Source: Candidatus Auribacterota bacterium
GTDB lineage: Bacteria; Auribacterota; UBA6266
DNA length: 17,234 nt
Assembly (NCBI GenBank): GCA_023136205.1
Contig: JAGLRQ010000132.1
Span: 1-17,234, forward strand
Direction of reading: 5' to 3'
The translations under genes were made by a program, and so were the position numbers. Below, piece after piece: positions 1 through 9,840 of this stretch (positions are counted from its first letter, which is position 1; each line of letters begins with the position of its first letter). The notes beneath the pieces are model-generated. The model saw only the letters and a program-made list of their open reading frames with translations. It was not told the DNA's origin and did not search any database.

Positions 1-717
1 CCGGTATGGACTCCCATAGGATCAAAATTTTCAATAGAGCAGACAATTATCACATTATCTTTCTTGTCCCTCATGACTTCCAGCTCAAACTCTTTCCATC
101 CCGCGACAGACTCTTCAATCAGTATTTCGCTTATAAGGCTGTTCTTAAGCCCCAGCACTACCGTATGTTTAAACTCTTCCGTGTTGTTGACAATTCCGCC
201 TCCGGTTCCGCCCAAAGTAAAACTGGGGCGTATAATAAGCGGATATCCTATCTCATTCGCGATTTTCAAGGCACTTTCCATATCATAAGCAATTCTGCTT
301 TTAGGAAGATCCAACCCGATCTTTTTCATTGCCGCCTTGAAGTACTCCCGGTCTTCCGCTTTTTTAATGGCGTCATAATCGGCACCTATCATCTTTACTC
401 CGTATTTATCCATTACACCCATCTCATAAGCCTGAACAGCAACGTTTAACCCTGTTTGTCCTCCAAGAGTAGGTAAAACGGCATCCGGCCTTTCTTTTTC
501 TATAACTTTTTCAAGGAATTCAGGGGTTACAGGCTCTATGTAAGTTTTTGAGGCCATATCCGGATCCGTCATTATAGTCGCGGGGTTGGAATTGATGAGT
601 ACAACTTCATATCCTTCTTCCTTCAGCGCCTTACAGGCCTGGGTACCCGAATAATCAAATTCACAAGCCTGTCCGATAACAATAGGCCCTGAACCTATTA
701 TAAGAATTTTCTTTATG

Positions 718-734
<17 letters not shown>
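1..734 (-). CDS. carB: Carbamoyl-phosphate synthase large subunit, N-terminal part (partial, runs off the window edge)
   Basis: The reverse complement from ATG at 734-732 reads [44 protein letters not shown]... and ends ...[36 protein letters not shown] at the edge. This is the conserved CarB N-terminal ATP-grasp region. The start overlaps the carA stop by 17 nt. It is absent from the ORF track because it is open-ended. Confidence 0.95.
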
Positions 735-3502
<2,768 letters not shown>

Positions 3503-3517
3503 GTCCATCAACTCAGA

Positions 3518-3545
3518 AATATACCAGATAAAACCCTTATGTCAA
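3518..3545 (-). promoter_or_regulatory. Sigma70-like promoter for pyrG operon
   Basis: On the minus strand, TTGACA (3545-3540), a 16-nt spacer, then TATATT (3523-3518). Confidence 0.45.
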
Positions 3546-3662
3546 GCGAAAACTGATGTTTGAAAAGCGCTGTCCTCTTCACCCTATAGCATTAAGACTG
3601 TCCCTTGCGTAAACACTGGTAAATTTCTTCGAAATTTACTGCGCACGCTTCGGGACAAAATT

Positions 3663-3736
3663 TGGCTGCCGGACTAGGACTCGAACCTAGACTACCTGAG
3701 TCAGAGTCAGGCGTCCTACCATTAGACGATCCGGCA
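3663..3736 (-). tRNA. tRNA-Gln (anticodon CUG), CCA encoded
   Basis: The minus-strand 74-mer UGCCGGA-UC-GUCU-AAUGGUA-GGAC-G-CCUGA-CUCUGAC-UCAGG-UAGU-CUAGG-UUCGAGU-CCUAG-UCCGGCA-G-CCA folds as a full cloverleaf. U8, A14, GG in the D loop, U33, A37 and the TUCGA T loop are present. The U1-A72 pair and G73 discriminator are typical of bacterial tRNA-Gln. Confidence 0.93.
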
Positions 3737-3756
3737 ATAGAACAAGAATAATGCGG

Positions 3757-3785
3757 ATACTAACAGATGCAATAATACTTGTCAA
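3757..3785 (-). promoter_or_regulatory. Sigma70-like promoter for tRNA-Gln
   Basis: Minus strand TTGACA (3785-3780), 17-nt spacer, TAGTAT (3762-3757), about 20 nt upstream of the mature tRNA 5' end. Confidence 0.5.
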
Positions 3786-3793
3786 TAATTAGC

Positions 3794-3830
3794 AAAAAAA
3801 AGAGCCCCCGGATTAACCGGAGGCTCTTTG
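3794..3830 (-). terminator. Rho-independent terminator of the porin-like gene
   Basis: Minus-strand RNA AAGAGCCUCCGG-UUAAU-CCGGGGGCUCUU forms a 12-bp GC-rich stem with one G.U pair, followed by a U-run (8 T in total). It lies 23 nt after the TAA at 3853-3855. Confidence 0.85.
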
Positions 3831-3852
3831 CACTTATCTAGGAACTAAAAAG

Positions 3853-5484
3853 TTAGAAATTAACTTGTAGTTCTCCACGAACTTCTATCATTTCATCCTC
3901 ACCTGTTGTGGCATCAAAAGCACTGCCTGGCATGAAATACGCAACAACTAACTGACAAGACAGGTCTTCTGAATAGTCATAGTTAACCACTACGTCAATT
4001 TCATCACCAAGATCTTTGTTCAATCCGCTTGTAGGTGCAGATACACCACCGTTGTCAATCCAGTGATTACCAACTACAGGGTAAAGGTCAGCTGCTGCAC
4101 CAAGCTCACATTGCTGATTCTTTACCTGCGCGTAGTGATAGTAATCAAGGACTATTTCAACGTTTTCAAGAGGAAGAAGGCTTAACCCCGCGTTGAAGAT
4201 ATGAATATTAGATACTCTGGGTGAAAACGCGTACCCGGAATAGTCATAGCCAAAGAGAGGGTAGAAAGCATGAGTTGTTGTTTTCCAGTCTCTTATTCTG
4301 CGGCCATCAGCATCAGTAGTTTCTAATACATTGTTATCTTCACCGCTGGCATACGTGTAAGCCAACGTAAAAGCAGGTTCCCATGTCCAGTCAAATGTGT
4401 ATGTCGCGCCACAATCAGCTGCCCATGCGCTAAGTTCAATTTCTGATCCTGTATAATCTGCCTGGGCACCAGGTATAGATGGATTCGCGGCACCGGCATC
4501 AGACCAATCTATTATACTTCCTGCTGAACCCCATTCATATACAATTTCGCCCCACACATCAAGCTGTTCTATAGGACGAACATCAGCACGGAGACCAAAA
4601 ACGCATGGCTCAATGCTTGTCGGGCTTAATCTGCCGGCTGTATCTACGAAGCCTGTACCGTTAACATAACGGGTATAAGCAGTACCTGCCGCATAAGCAC
4701 CTTCGTCACTGGTGTTCTTGGTTCCAAAGACATACGCTTCAACATTCCAGAAATCAGCAGCATATGCAATGTTTATACCGTAGAGATTCCAGTCAGCTCT
4801 TGTGTTGTACACAGCATTAGCATTATCATCACGAGTCTGGAAATAACGGGTTGTGTTTTCCGCAAGCTTCGCGTAAACGAGATCAATAGTCCAAGGATAG
4901 AAATCAAGAACCGCTTTTACAGCATCAAAGTTCCAGAAAGCTTCCTTGTCGCTGATAAGAAAACCAGTACCGTAGTTAAGAAACTGACGGCCTACCTTAA
5001 TTGAAAGAGGAGAATAGTAAAGCTCAGATATCTGTATCCATCCCTCAATCACTCCAATGGCCCAGCTTTCTGTTCCAGCTCTACCTGTGGTTACTGTCGG
5101 CGTGCCGATACCAGCACCGCTAGCGCTAGTGGAATCAGAACCCCAATTCGCGCATGCTTCTAATGTTATACGAACAAGAACATTATCAGTAAGGTCTGCT
5201 TCCACATATATATCTGTGAGCTGTTCAATCCAATCATTTCTGTCACTCCAGTGCTGATTTGCGACATCATCACTAGGAACTACGGCACTTCCCGGATTCC
5301 AGCGGAAAAATTCTCCAACTCCAGGAGCCGGAAAAATATTCCCTCTGGAAAGATCCGTTCTATTTTCTTCTGAAAAAGCACGGATCCTGATTGTGCCGCC
5401 GACTTTTACGTTCTGCACTTCAGCAACCGCTGCAGTTGACAGAACAAAAATCAAAGCCAGAGATATTAAAAGAAATTTCTTCAT
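3853..5484 (-). CDS. Outer-membrane beta-barrel, porin-like protein (possibly alginate-export/PF13372-like; family unverified)
   Basis: 543-aa ORF. Signal peptide MKKFLLISLALIFVLSTAAVA/EVQ. Acidic, rich in Gly, aromatics, Asn, Asp and Thr, with a C-terminal ...ELQVNF (terminal Phe barrel signature). The N-terminal GGTIRIRAFSEEN segment resembles the first strand of alginate-export type porins. GGAGG sits 7 nt before the ATG. Confidence 0.8.
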   Translation of the reverse strand: MKKFLLISLALIFVLSTAAVAEVQNVKVGGTIRIRAFSEENRTDLSRGNIFPAPGVGEFFRWNPGSAVVPSDDVANQHWSDRNDWIEQLTDIYVEADLTDNVLVRITLEACANWGSDSTSASGAGIGTPTVTTGRAGTESWAIGVIEGWIQISELYYSPLSIKVGRQFLNYGTGFLISDKEAFWNFDAVKAVLDFYPWTIDLVYAKLAENTTRYFQTRDDNANAVYNTRADWNLYGINIAYAADFWNVEAYVFGTKNTSDEGAYAAGTAYTRYVNGTGFVDTAGRLSPTSIEPCVFGLRADVRPIEQLDVWGEIVYEWGSAGSIIDWSDAGAANPSIPGAQADYTGSEIELSAWAADCGATYTFDWTWEPAFTLAYTYASGEDNNVLETTDADGRRIRDWKTTTHAFYPLFGYDYSGYAFSPRVSNIHIFNAGLSLLPLENVEIVLDYYHYAQVKNQQCELGAAADLYPVVGNHWIDNGGVSAPTSGLNKDLGDEIDVVVNYDYSEDLSCQLVVAYFMPGSAFDATTGEDEMIEVRGELQVNF

Positions 5485-5749
5485 TAATTAACCTCCAAAT
5501 TTAGTGCAACTCGCACCCTAAAAAACGAAGTTATCAAACCGATTAACTCCGACATACTCAATATACTATATCTATGTGTCTCGCCACATCGGTAATTCCG
5601 GCCACTATTTATTTACATCGCCTCCTTTCCGCAGCCCGACCTTCATTAAAACTACCTATGGCGCTAAATTAAAATTAACAAAGAACACTACACCACAAAC
5701 CTGCTTTCTATATGTGATGTGGAGCATTTAAAACAACCTAATTACTCGA

Positions 5750-5778
5750 ATTCTACAAAAAACTATCAAAAAAGTCAA
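5750..5778 (-). promoter_or_regulatory. Sigma70-like promoter upstream of the porin-like gene
   Basis: Minus strand TTGACT (5778-5773), 17-nt spacer, TAGAAT (5755-5750). This implies a leader of roughly 260 nt before the ATG at 5484. Confidence 0.5.
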
Positions 5779-5813
5779 ATGTTTTAAAAAATATTTTTGA
5801 GGACAGAAACTAC

Positions 5814-6467
5814 TTAAATATTCGTTTCCAAAACAAAGATTTTAGCTTCGGCTTCCCGAGACCATAAACTCGCGGGATAGCTTTTGGTAAGATTCCTATA
5901 CTCTGAAACAGCTTCGTGTATTTTCCCATTTTTCTCAAGAAGGCCTGCTTTGAACATTAAAGCTTCAGGGCATACATAATTTAAGGGAAATTGTTTAACT
6001 ATACCATTTAAGACATTGATAGCTTCATCATAATTACCATTGTCTTCTTCAATATACCCGACCGCAAGCATGGCATTGGGAATAAGCCTGCTTAGAGGGT
6101 AACTTTTTAAAAAATCTTTAAAAAGTTCCATCGATTTTTGTTTTTGCCCGTCTCTATAATACTGATTAGCTGCCATATAAAGAGCAAACCCACCCGCGGA
6201 TAATCCGGAGTATTTCTTAGACACTTCAACTAAACTTTCAACATCTTTAGCTTCCGCCAGAGCATCAAAAGCCCCGCTTTTCAATTTTTCCCTGTAAATA
6301 CCGTACAAAAATAAACAAACAGCCACAATTGCCGCTAAAGCTACAGAAGCGATAATCCGGAACTTATATCTACTGAACAGTTCAGCAGTCCTGCCGGCAA
6401 ATTCTAAAAAGCTGTCCCGCTTTAATGCTTTTCTGGTTATTTTAATTTTATGCCTTTTATATCTCAT
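5814..6467 (-). CDS. Membrane-anchored TPR-like protein (YfgM/YbgF-like architecture)
   Basis: 217-aa ORF. Basic cytoplasmic N-tail, one TM helix (IIASVALAAIVAVCLFLYGIY), then TPR-like helices with YP-x-S motifs (FLKSYPLSRLIPNAML, LTKSYPASLWSREAEAKI). ATGA overlap with the upstream lipoprotein gene. Confidence 0.8.
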   Translation of the reverse strand: MRYKRHKIKITRKALKRDSFLEFAGRTAELFSRYKFRIIASVALAAIVAVCLFLYGIYREKLKSGAFDALAEAKDVESLVEVSKKYSGLSAGGFALYMAANQYYRDGQKQKSMELFKDFLKSYPLSRLIPNAMLAVGYIEEDNGNYDEAINVLNGIVKQFPLNYVCPEALMFKAGLLEKNGKIHEAVSEYRNLTKSYPASLWSREAEAKIFVLETNI

Positions 6468-6916
6468 CTCTTTTTACCCTTACTTTTGGGAGCCACACTA
6501 ATTTTTAAGGTATTTGTCCTGCCCGGTACAAGCATTACCACACAGGTTTCATCCGCCTTATCAAAAAATATTTGTACTGTTTCATGCTCAATTAAATTCA
6601 GCAGGCGCCAGTTGTACAAAGGCATCTGCTCTTTATAAAAGTTTATTATCCCCTGAGGTTCCGCTTTACCAAGGTAGGTTAAAAAACACACTCTCACAGT
6701 ATCGTTCTGAAAAGCAAAAGAATCTTTTACATTTAACCTGAAACCCGCTGGAACAGGAACATCGTCAAACTTTAAAGATTCAGACAGTAAAAGCCCCACG
6801 GAACTCGCACCATAATTCTTAGATGATGTTTTGCTTACTCCACCTATATTCCAAGTCGCGCACCCTCCCATCAACATGACAGAAAAAACAACAGCCAGGG
6901 CCATCACCCTTTTCAT
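6464..6916 (-). CDS. Lipoprotein of unknown function
   Basis: The ORF is open to 6937. The ATG at 6916 has AGGGGA 6 nt upstream and gives the signal peptide MKRVMALAVVFSVMLMGG/C, with lipobox LMGGC. The alternative start at 6937 adds 7 residues. I recognise no family. Confidence 0.75.
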   Translation of the reverse strand: MKRVMALAVVFSVMLMGGCATWNIGGVSKTSSKNYGASSVGLLLSESLKFDDVPVPAGFRLNVKDSFAFQNDTVRVCFLTYLGKAEPQGIINFYKEQMPLYNWRLLNLIEHETVQIFFDKADETCVVMLVPGRTNTLKISVAPKSKGKKR

Positions 6917-6966
6917 CTCAATTCCCCTTAGCTTCATTTTATATTAACCTCTATTAGATTAGCGAG

Positions 6967-6995
6967 AGTTTATCACCTCAAAAAATCTGTGTCAA
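6967..6995 (-). promoter_or_regulatory. Sigma70-like promoter for the lipoprotein/TPR (and possibly porin) operon
   Basis: Minus strand TTGACA (6995-6990), 17-nt spacer ending in TGA, then TAAACT (6972-6967). Confidence 0.5.
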
Positions 6996-7014
6996 ATAGA
7001 AAACACTAACATTA

Positions 7015-7040
7015 GTATGTAGTATATAGGTATGTAGTAT
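7015..7040. repeat. Direct repeat GTATGTAGTAT x2 in divergent intergenic region
   Basis: Identical 11-mers at 7015-7025 and 7030-7040, a 15-bp period. They lie about 20-45 bp upstream of the -35 of the minus-strand promoter. Confidence 0.5.
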
Positions 7041-7167
7041 TATGTGGTAATCAAAAAAAATGTAACATCCTGGTTTTTATATTTCTTTAGATTTTTAAAA
7101 CGATATACGAAATAGTGCGGAGCGCAGCATAGCCTCCCCTGAGGGGACGATTCACAATTTTTCTCTC

Positions 7168-7196
7168 TTCCTACTTTTGCAATCCTGTGATAAAAT
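7168..7196 (+). promoter_or_regulatory. Possible extended -10 promoter for galE
   Basis: TG-a-TAAAAT at 7188-7196, with a weak -35 TTCCTA at 7168-7173 (17-nt spacer). Confidence 0.3.
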
Positions 7197-7223
7197 GCTC
7201 TTTCAAAGAAGGGATTTTACATT

Positions 7224-8195
7224 ATGAAAATACTGGTCACCGGCGGAGCGGGATACATAGGATCCGTAACCGCGGAAAAACTTATTGAATCAGGGCATGA
7301 AATTTTTATACTGGACAATTTATCAGAGGGGCATATCGGAGCGATTCCTCCGGGATCCCGTTTCATAGAAGCTGATATTTTAAACACAAAAGAGCTTCAG
7401 CAAATATTTTCAACAAATAAGTTCGATGCCGTTGTACATTTCGCCGCAAATTGTTATGTTGACGAATCAGTTGAAAATCCCGGCAAATACTACAAGAATA
7501 ACGTTTTCGGAAGCATCAATATCCTGGAAGAAGCAGTAAAAAGCAGTGTGAAAAAATTTGTTTTTTCCTCAACCTGCTCCACATACGGCATACCGGAAAA
7601 AATTCCCATCGTGGAGGAAGAAAAACAAAAACCTATAAATCCTTATGGGGAAACCAAGTTAGCTTTTGAAAAAACCCTGGAATGGTACGGACAGACTTAC
7701 CAAATAAAATATACAATATTAAGATATTTCAATGCCGCGGGGGCAACTGAGAAACTTGGTGAAGACCACAGGCCCGAAACACACCTTATCCCGCTTGTCC
7801 TTCAATGCGCGTTAGGGAAAAGAAGCGAAATTAAAATTTTCGGGACAGATTATAATACAAAAGACGGAACGTGCATCAGAGATTACATACATGTTTCCGA
7901 TATAGCCAAAGCACACATGTTGGCACTGGAAAACAATACTTCCAACGCTTTCAATCTCGGGAATGGAACAGGCTATTCGGTAAAGGAAGTAATTGAAACG
8001 GCAAAAGCTGTAACAGGAAAAAAAATAAATACTACCGATTGCCCCAGGAGAAAAGGTGACCCGCCCGTACTTGTTGGAAGTGCTGAAAAAATCCATAAAA
8101 AACTGGGATGGGAACCTCAATTTCCATCCTTAAAAGAAATTGTCAGCACTGCCTGGCAATGGCATAAGAGATTTCCCGAAGGATACGGAAAATAA
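7224..8195 (+). CDS. galE: UDP-glucose 4-epimerase
   Basis: 323-aa ORF. Rossmann motif MKILVTGGAGYIGS, SDR catalytic region STCSTYG...YGETK, and conserved LRYFNAAGA and CIRDYIHVSD segments. Confidence 0.93.
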   Translation: MKILVTGGAGYIGSVTAEKLIESGHEIFILDNLSEGHIGAIPPGSRFIEADILNTKELQQIFSTNKFDAVVHFAANCYVDESVENPGKYYKNNVFGSINILEEAVKSSVKKFVFSSTCSTYGIPEKIPIVEEEKQKPINPYGETKLAFEKTLEWYGQTYQIKYTILRYFNAAGATEKLGEDHRPETHLIPLVLQCALGKRSEIKIFGTDYNTKDGTCIRDYIHVSDIAKAHMLALENNTSNAFNLGNGTGYSVKEVIETAKAVTGKKINTTDCPRRKGDPPVLVGSAEKIHKKLGWEPQFPSLKEIVSTAWQWHKRFPEGYGK

Positions 8196-8233
8196 ATTAC
8201 AAAGCTCAAATTTCAAATAGGGACAACAAACAA

Positions 8234-9118
8234 ATGGATTTTAAAAAAACATTAGCAACCAAGAAAAAACTAATTTGTGATGGTGGTATGGGTACTCAGT
8301 TGATTGAAAAAGGCCTGCAGGGGGGGGGATGTCCTGAGCTCTGGAATCTTGAGCGCCCGGAAAAAATTGAAGAAATCCACAAATCATATATTTCCTCCGG
8401 GGCAGACTTAATAACAACAAACACCTTTGGGGGCAATTTATTGAAACTAAAGAATTTTCACATGGAATCTAAAGCGGATGAAATAAATCAGGCAGGTGTA
8501 AACATTGCCAGAAAATCCGCGAAAGAAAAAACCCTGGTGCTGGGAGACATAGGGCCAACCGGAGAATTTCTTAAACCTATCGGGACATACAGCAGCGAAG
8601 AATTCTATGAAATCTTTCACAAACAGGCCGAATCATTAGCAAAAGCGGGAGCAGACGCGATAATTATAGAAACAATGACAGACCTGGGTGAATTAACGCA
8701 AGCTGTAAAAGCTTCCAAAAAGACAGGCCTTCCCGTAATAGCATCAATGGCTTTTACAAAAGATGCGAACAGGAATGATTTCCACACTATGATGGGGGTT
8801 GATCTAAAAACATTTGTAAATTCCGCGGCCGGCACAGGAGCCGATGTTATTTCGGTTAACTGCGGTTCCGGAGCTGAAGAAATTTTAGAGATTATAAAAC
8901 GGCTTAAAAAGCTTACAAGCTTTCCTCTCATGGCAGAACCAAACGCGGGCTTACCCCATCTGATAAAAGGAAAAACACTTTACGAACAACCGCCTGAAAG
9001 TTTTGCCGAGACAGCTTTAAAGATTTTCGATGCGGGAGCCGGTATTGTAGGAGGATGCTGCGGAACAACACCGGAGCACATAAGAGTTCTCTTCAATCTA
9101 ATAAAAAATGCCGCCTGA
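8234..9118 (+). CDS. Homocysteine S-methyltransferase domain protein (stand-alone MetH-N/MmuM-like, PF02574-type)
   Basis: 294-aa ORF. DGGMGTQL near the N-terminus and Zn-ligand cysteines in VNCGSG and GGCCGTTPEHI. There are no pterin-binding or B12 modules in the ORF or in adjacent genes. Confidence 0.88.
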   Translation: MDFKKTLATKKKLICDGGMGTQLIEKGLQGGGCPELWNLERPEKIEEIHKSYISSGADLITTNTFGGNLLKLKNFHMESKADEINQAGVNIARKSAKEKTLVLGDIGPTGEFLKPIGTYSSEEFYEIFHKQAESLAKAGADAIIIETMTDLGELTQAVKASKKTGLPVIASMAFTKDANRNDFHTMMGVDLKTFVNSAAGTGADVISVNCGSGAEEILEIIKRLKKLTSFPLMAEPNAGLPHLIKGKTLYEQPPESFAETALKIFDAGAGIVGGCCGTTPEHIRVLFNLIKNAA

Positions 9119-9797
9119 TGTAAAGTACAGCTGGAAAATACAAGATAAAAAAGGGTATCAGAAGAAAGGCCGCGCAAGCAGCCCCCTTCCAGTAGCAGCA
9201 ATAATAGCAAATGGAAAATAACAGCAAAAACAGGCCTACAGCAAACAGCCATTGTTTTTTAATGGTAAACCCCGTTAAATGTTTTCTATCTAACGGGGTA
9301 AATGCTTCCGCGAAAAGTAAAAACGAAACAATTAAAAAAGTTAATGCCCCTTCACGATAATTAAAGTACCCGTAACAGCACGCTGTAAGATAGAATAGGT
9401 ATGTAATCAGTTTGAGAGATTTAAACTTTCGTGCCGATTTTGGATCTGTAATTCTCCCCATAATATATACAGCAAATCCTGAGAAAATAAATATAAAAGG
9501 GTAAAGCTCCCACCTTAAGGAAACTGTCTCTATAAATGGAAAGATTCCAAGATACAAAGCTAACAAAACAGGCAAAAGAAACAGGTCTTTTTTGTGAATA
9601 AAAAACGCTATTAAAAATAAAAAACAGCATATAAACGCAAGGCTGAGCATATTCTGGGGGTTAGTGTAAATAATGTTGGTATATTGCAATATACCTGCTA
9701 AAGCCAGGATAGAGGAAAGAAAAATCAGTATCGCTGAAAAGACTTTTCGAAGATAGTTTTTTTTGCCTTTTATCATTGAGAAAAATTTGGTTTTCAC
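9093..9797 (-). CDS. Cys-rich polytopic membrane protein, unknown function
   Basis: 234-aa ORF (GTG start at 9797; alternative ATG at 9776; neither has a clear SD). Several hydrophobic helices and 8 Cys, including three CC doublets (FICCF, TACCYG, CYYCCYW). It is the only long ORF covering an otherwise empty 0.7-kb stretch. Confidence 0.6.
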   Translation of the reverse strand: MKTKFFSMIKGKKNYLRKVFSAILIFLSSILALAGILQYTNIIYTNPQNMLSLAFICCFLFLIAFFIHKKDLFLLPVLLALYLGIFPFIETVSLRWELYPFIFIFSGFAVYIMGRITDPKSARKFKSLKLITYLFYLTACCYGYFNYREGALTFLIVSFLLFAEAFTPLDRKHLTGFTIKKQWLFAVGLFLLLFSICYYCCYWKGAACAAFLLIPFFILYFPAVLYIRRHFLLD

Positions 9798-9840
9798 AAG
9801 GCAGACTTTGCCTGCGAAGCATGCAAAATCCGGGTTAAAA

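Noticed and set aside
6-449. 147-aa plus-strand ORF (and nested 64..288)
   Set aside because: It lies entirely antisense to the unmistakable carB reading frame. The sequence is low-complexity with no motifs or SD, so it is a shadow ORF.
3503-3517. Bacillus-type GGG reiterative-transcription start for pyrG
   Set aside because: The predicted initially transcribed sequence is UCUGAGUUGAUGG, with no G run at the likely +1. The specific B. subtilis mechanism therefore cannot be claimed, only a generic attenuator.
3546-3852. tRNA-Gln as an integration hotspot or genomic island border
   Set aside because: There is no integrase, no direct repeat of the tRNA 3' end, and no mobile-element genes on either side. 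The flanks are pyrG and a core-looking porin gene.
5613-5626. AGGAGG-CG-ATG-TAA start-stop mini-ORF in the porin leader
   Set aside because: The SD-to-ATG spacing is only 2 nt, too short for efficient initiation, so it is probably coincidental. It would only be worth revisiting if ribosome profiling showed a peak.
7117-7153. GC-rich patch with CCCC-TGA-GGGG mini-palindrome in the galE upstream region
   Set aside because: The stem is only 5 bp and no U-tract or repeat partner is seen in the window, which is not enough to call a terminator, REP element or operator.
8196-8233. Possible SAM/B12 riboswitch upstream of the homocysteine methyltransferase gene
   Set aside because: The gap to galE is only 38 nt, far too short for any known riboswitch aptamer.
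8617-9252. Minus-strand ORFs 8617..8931 and 8980..9252
   Set aside because: The first is antisense to the methyltransferase gene. The second is out of frame with, and mostly inside, the better-supported membrane ORF and methyltransferase overlap region.
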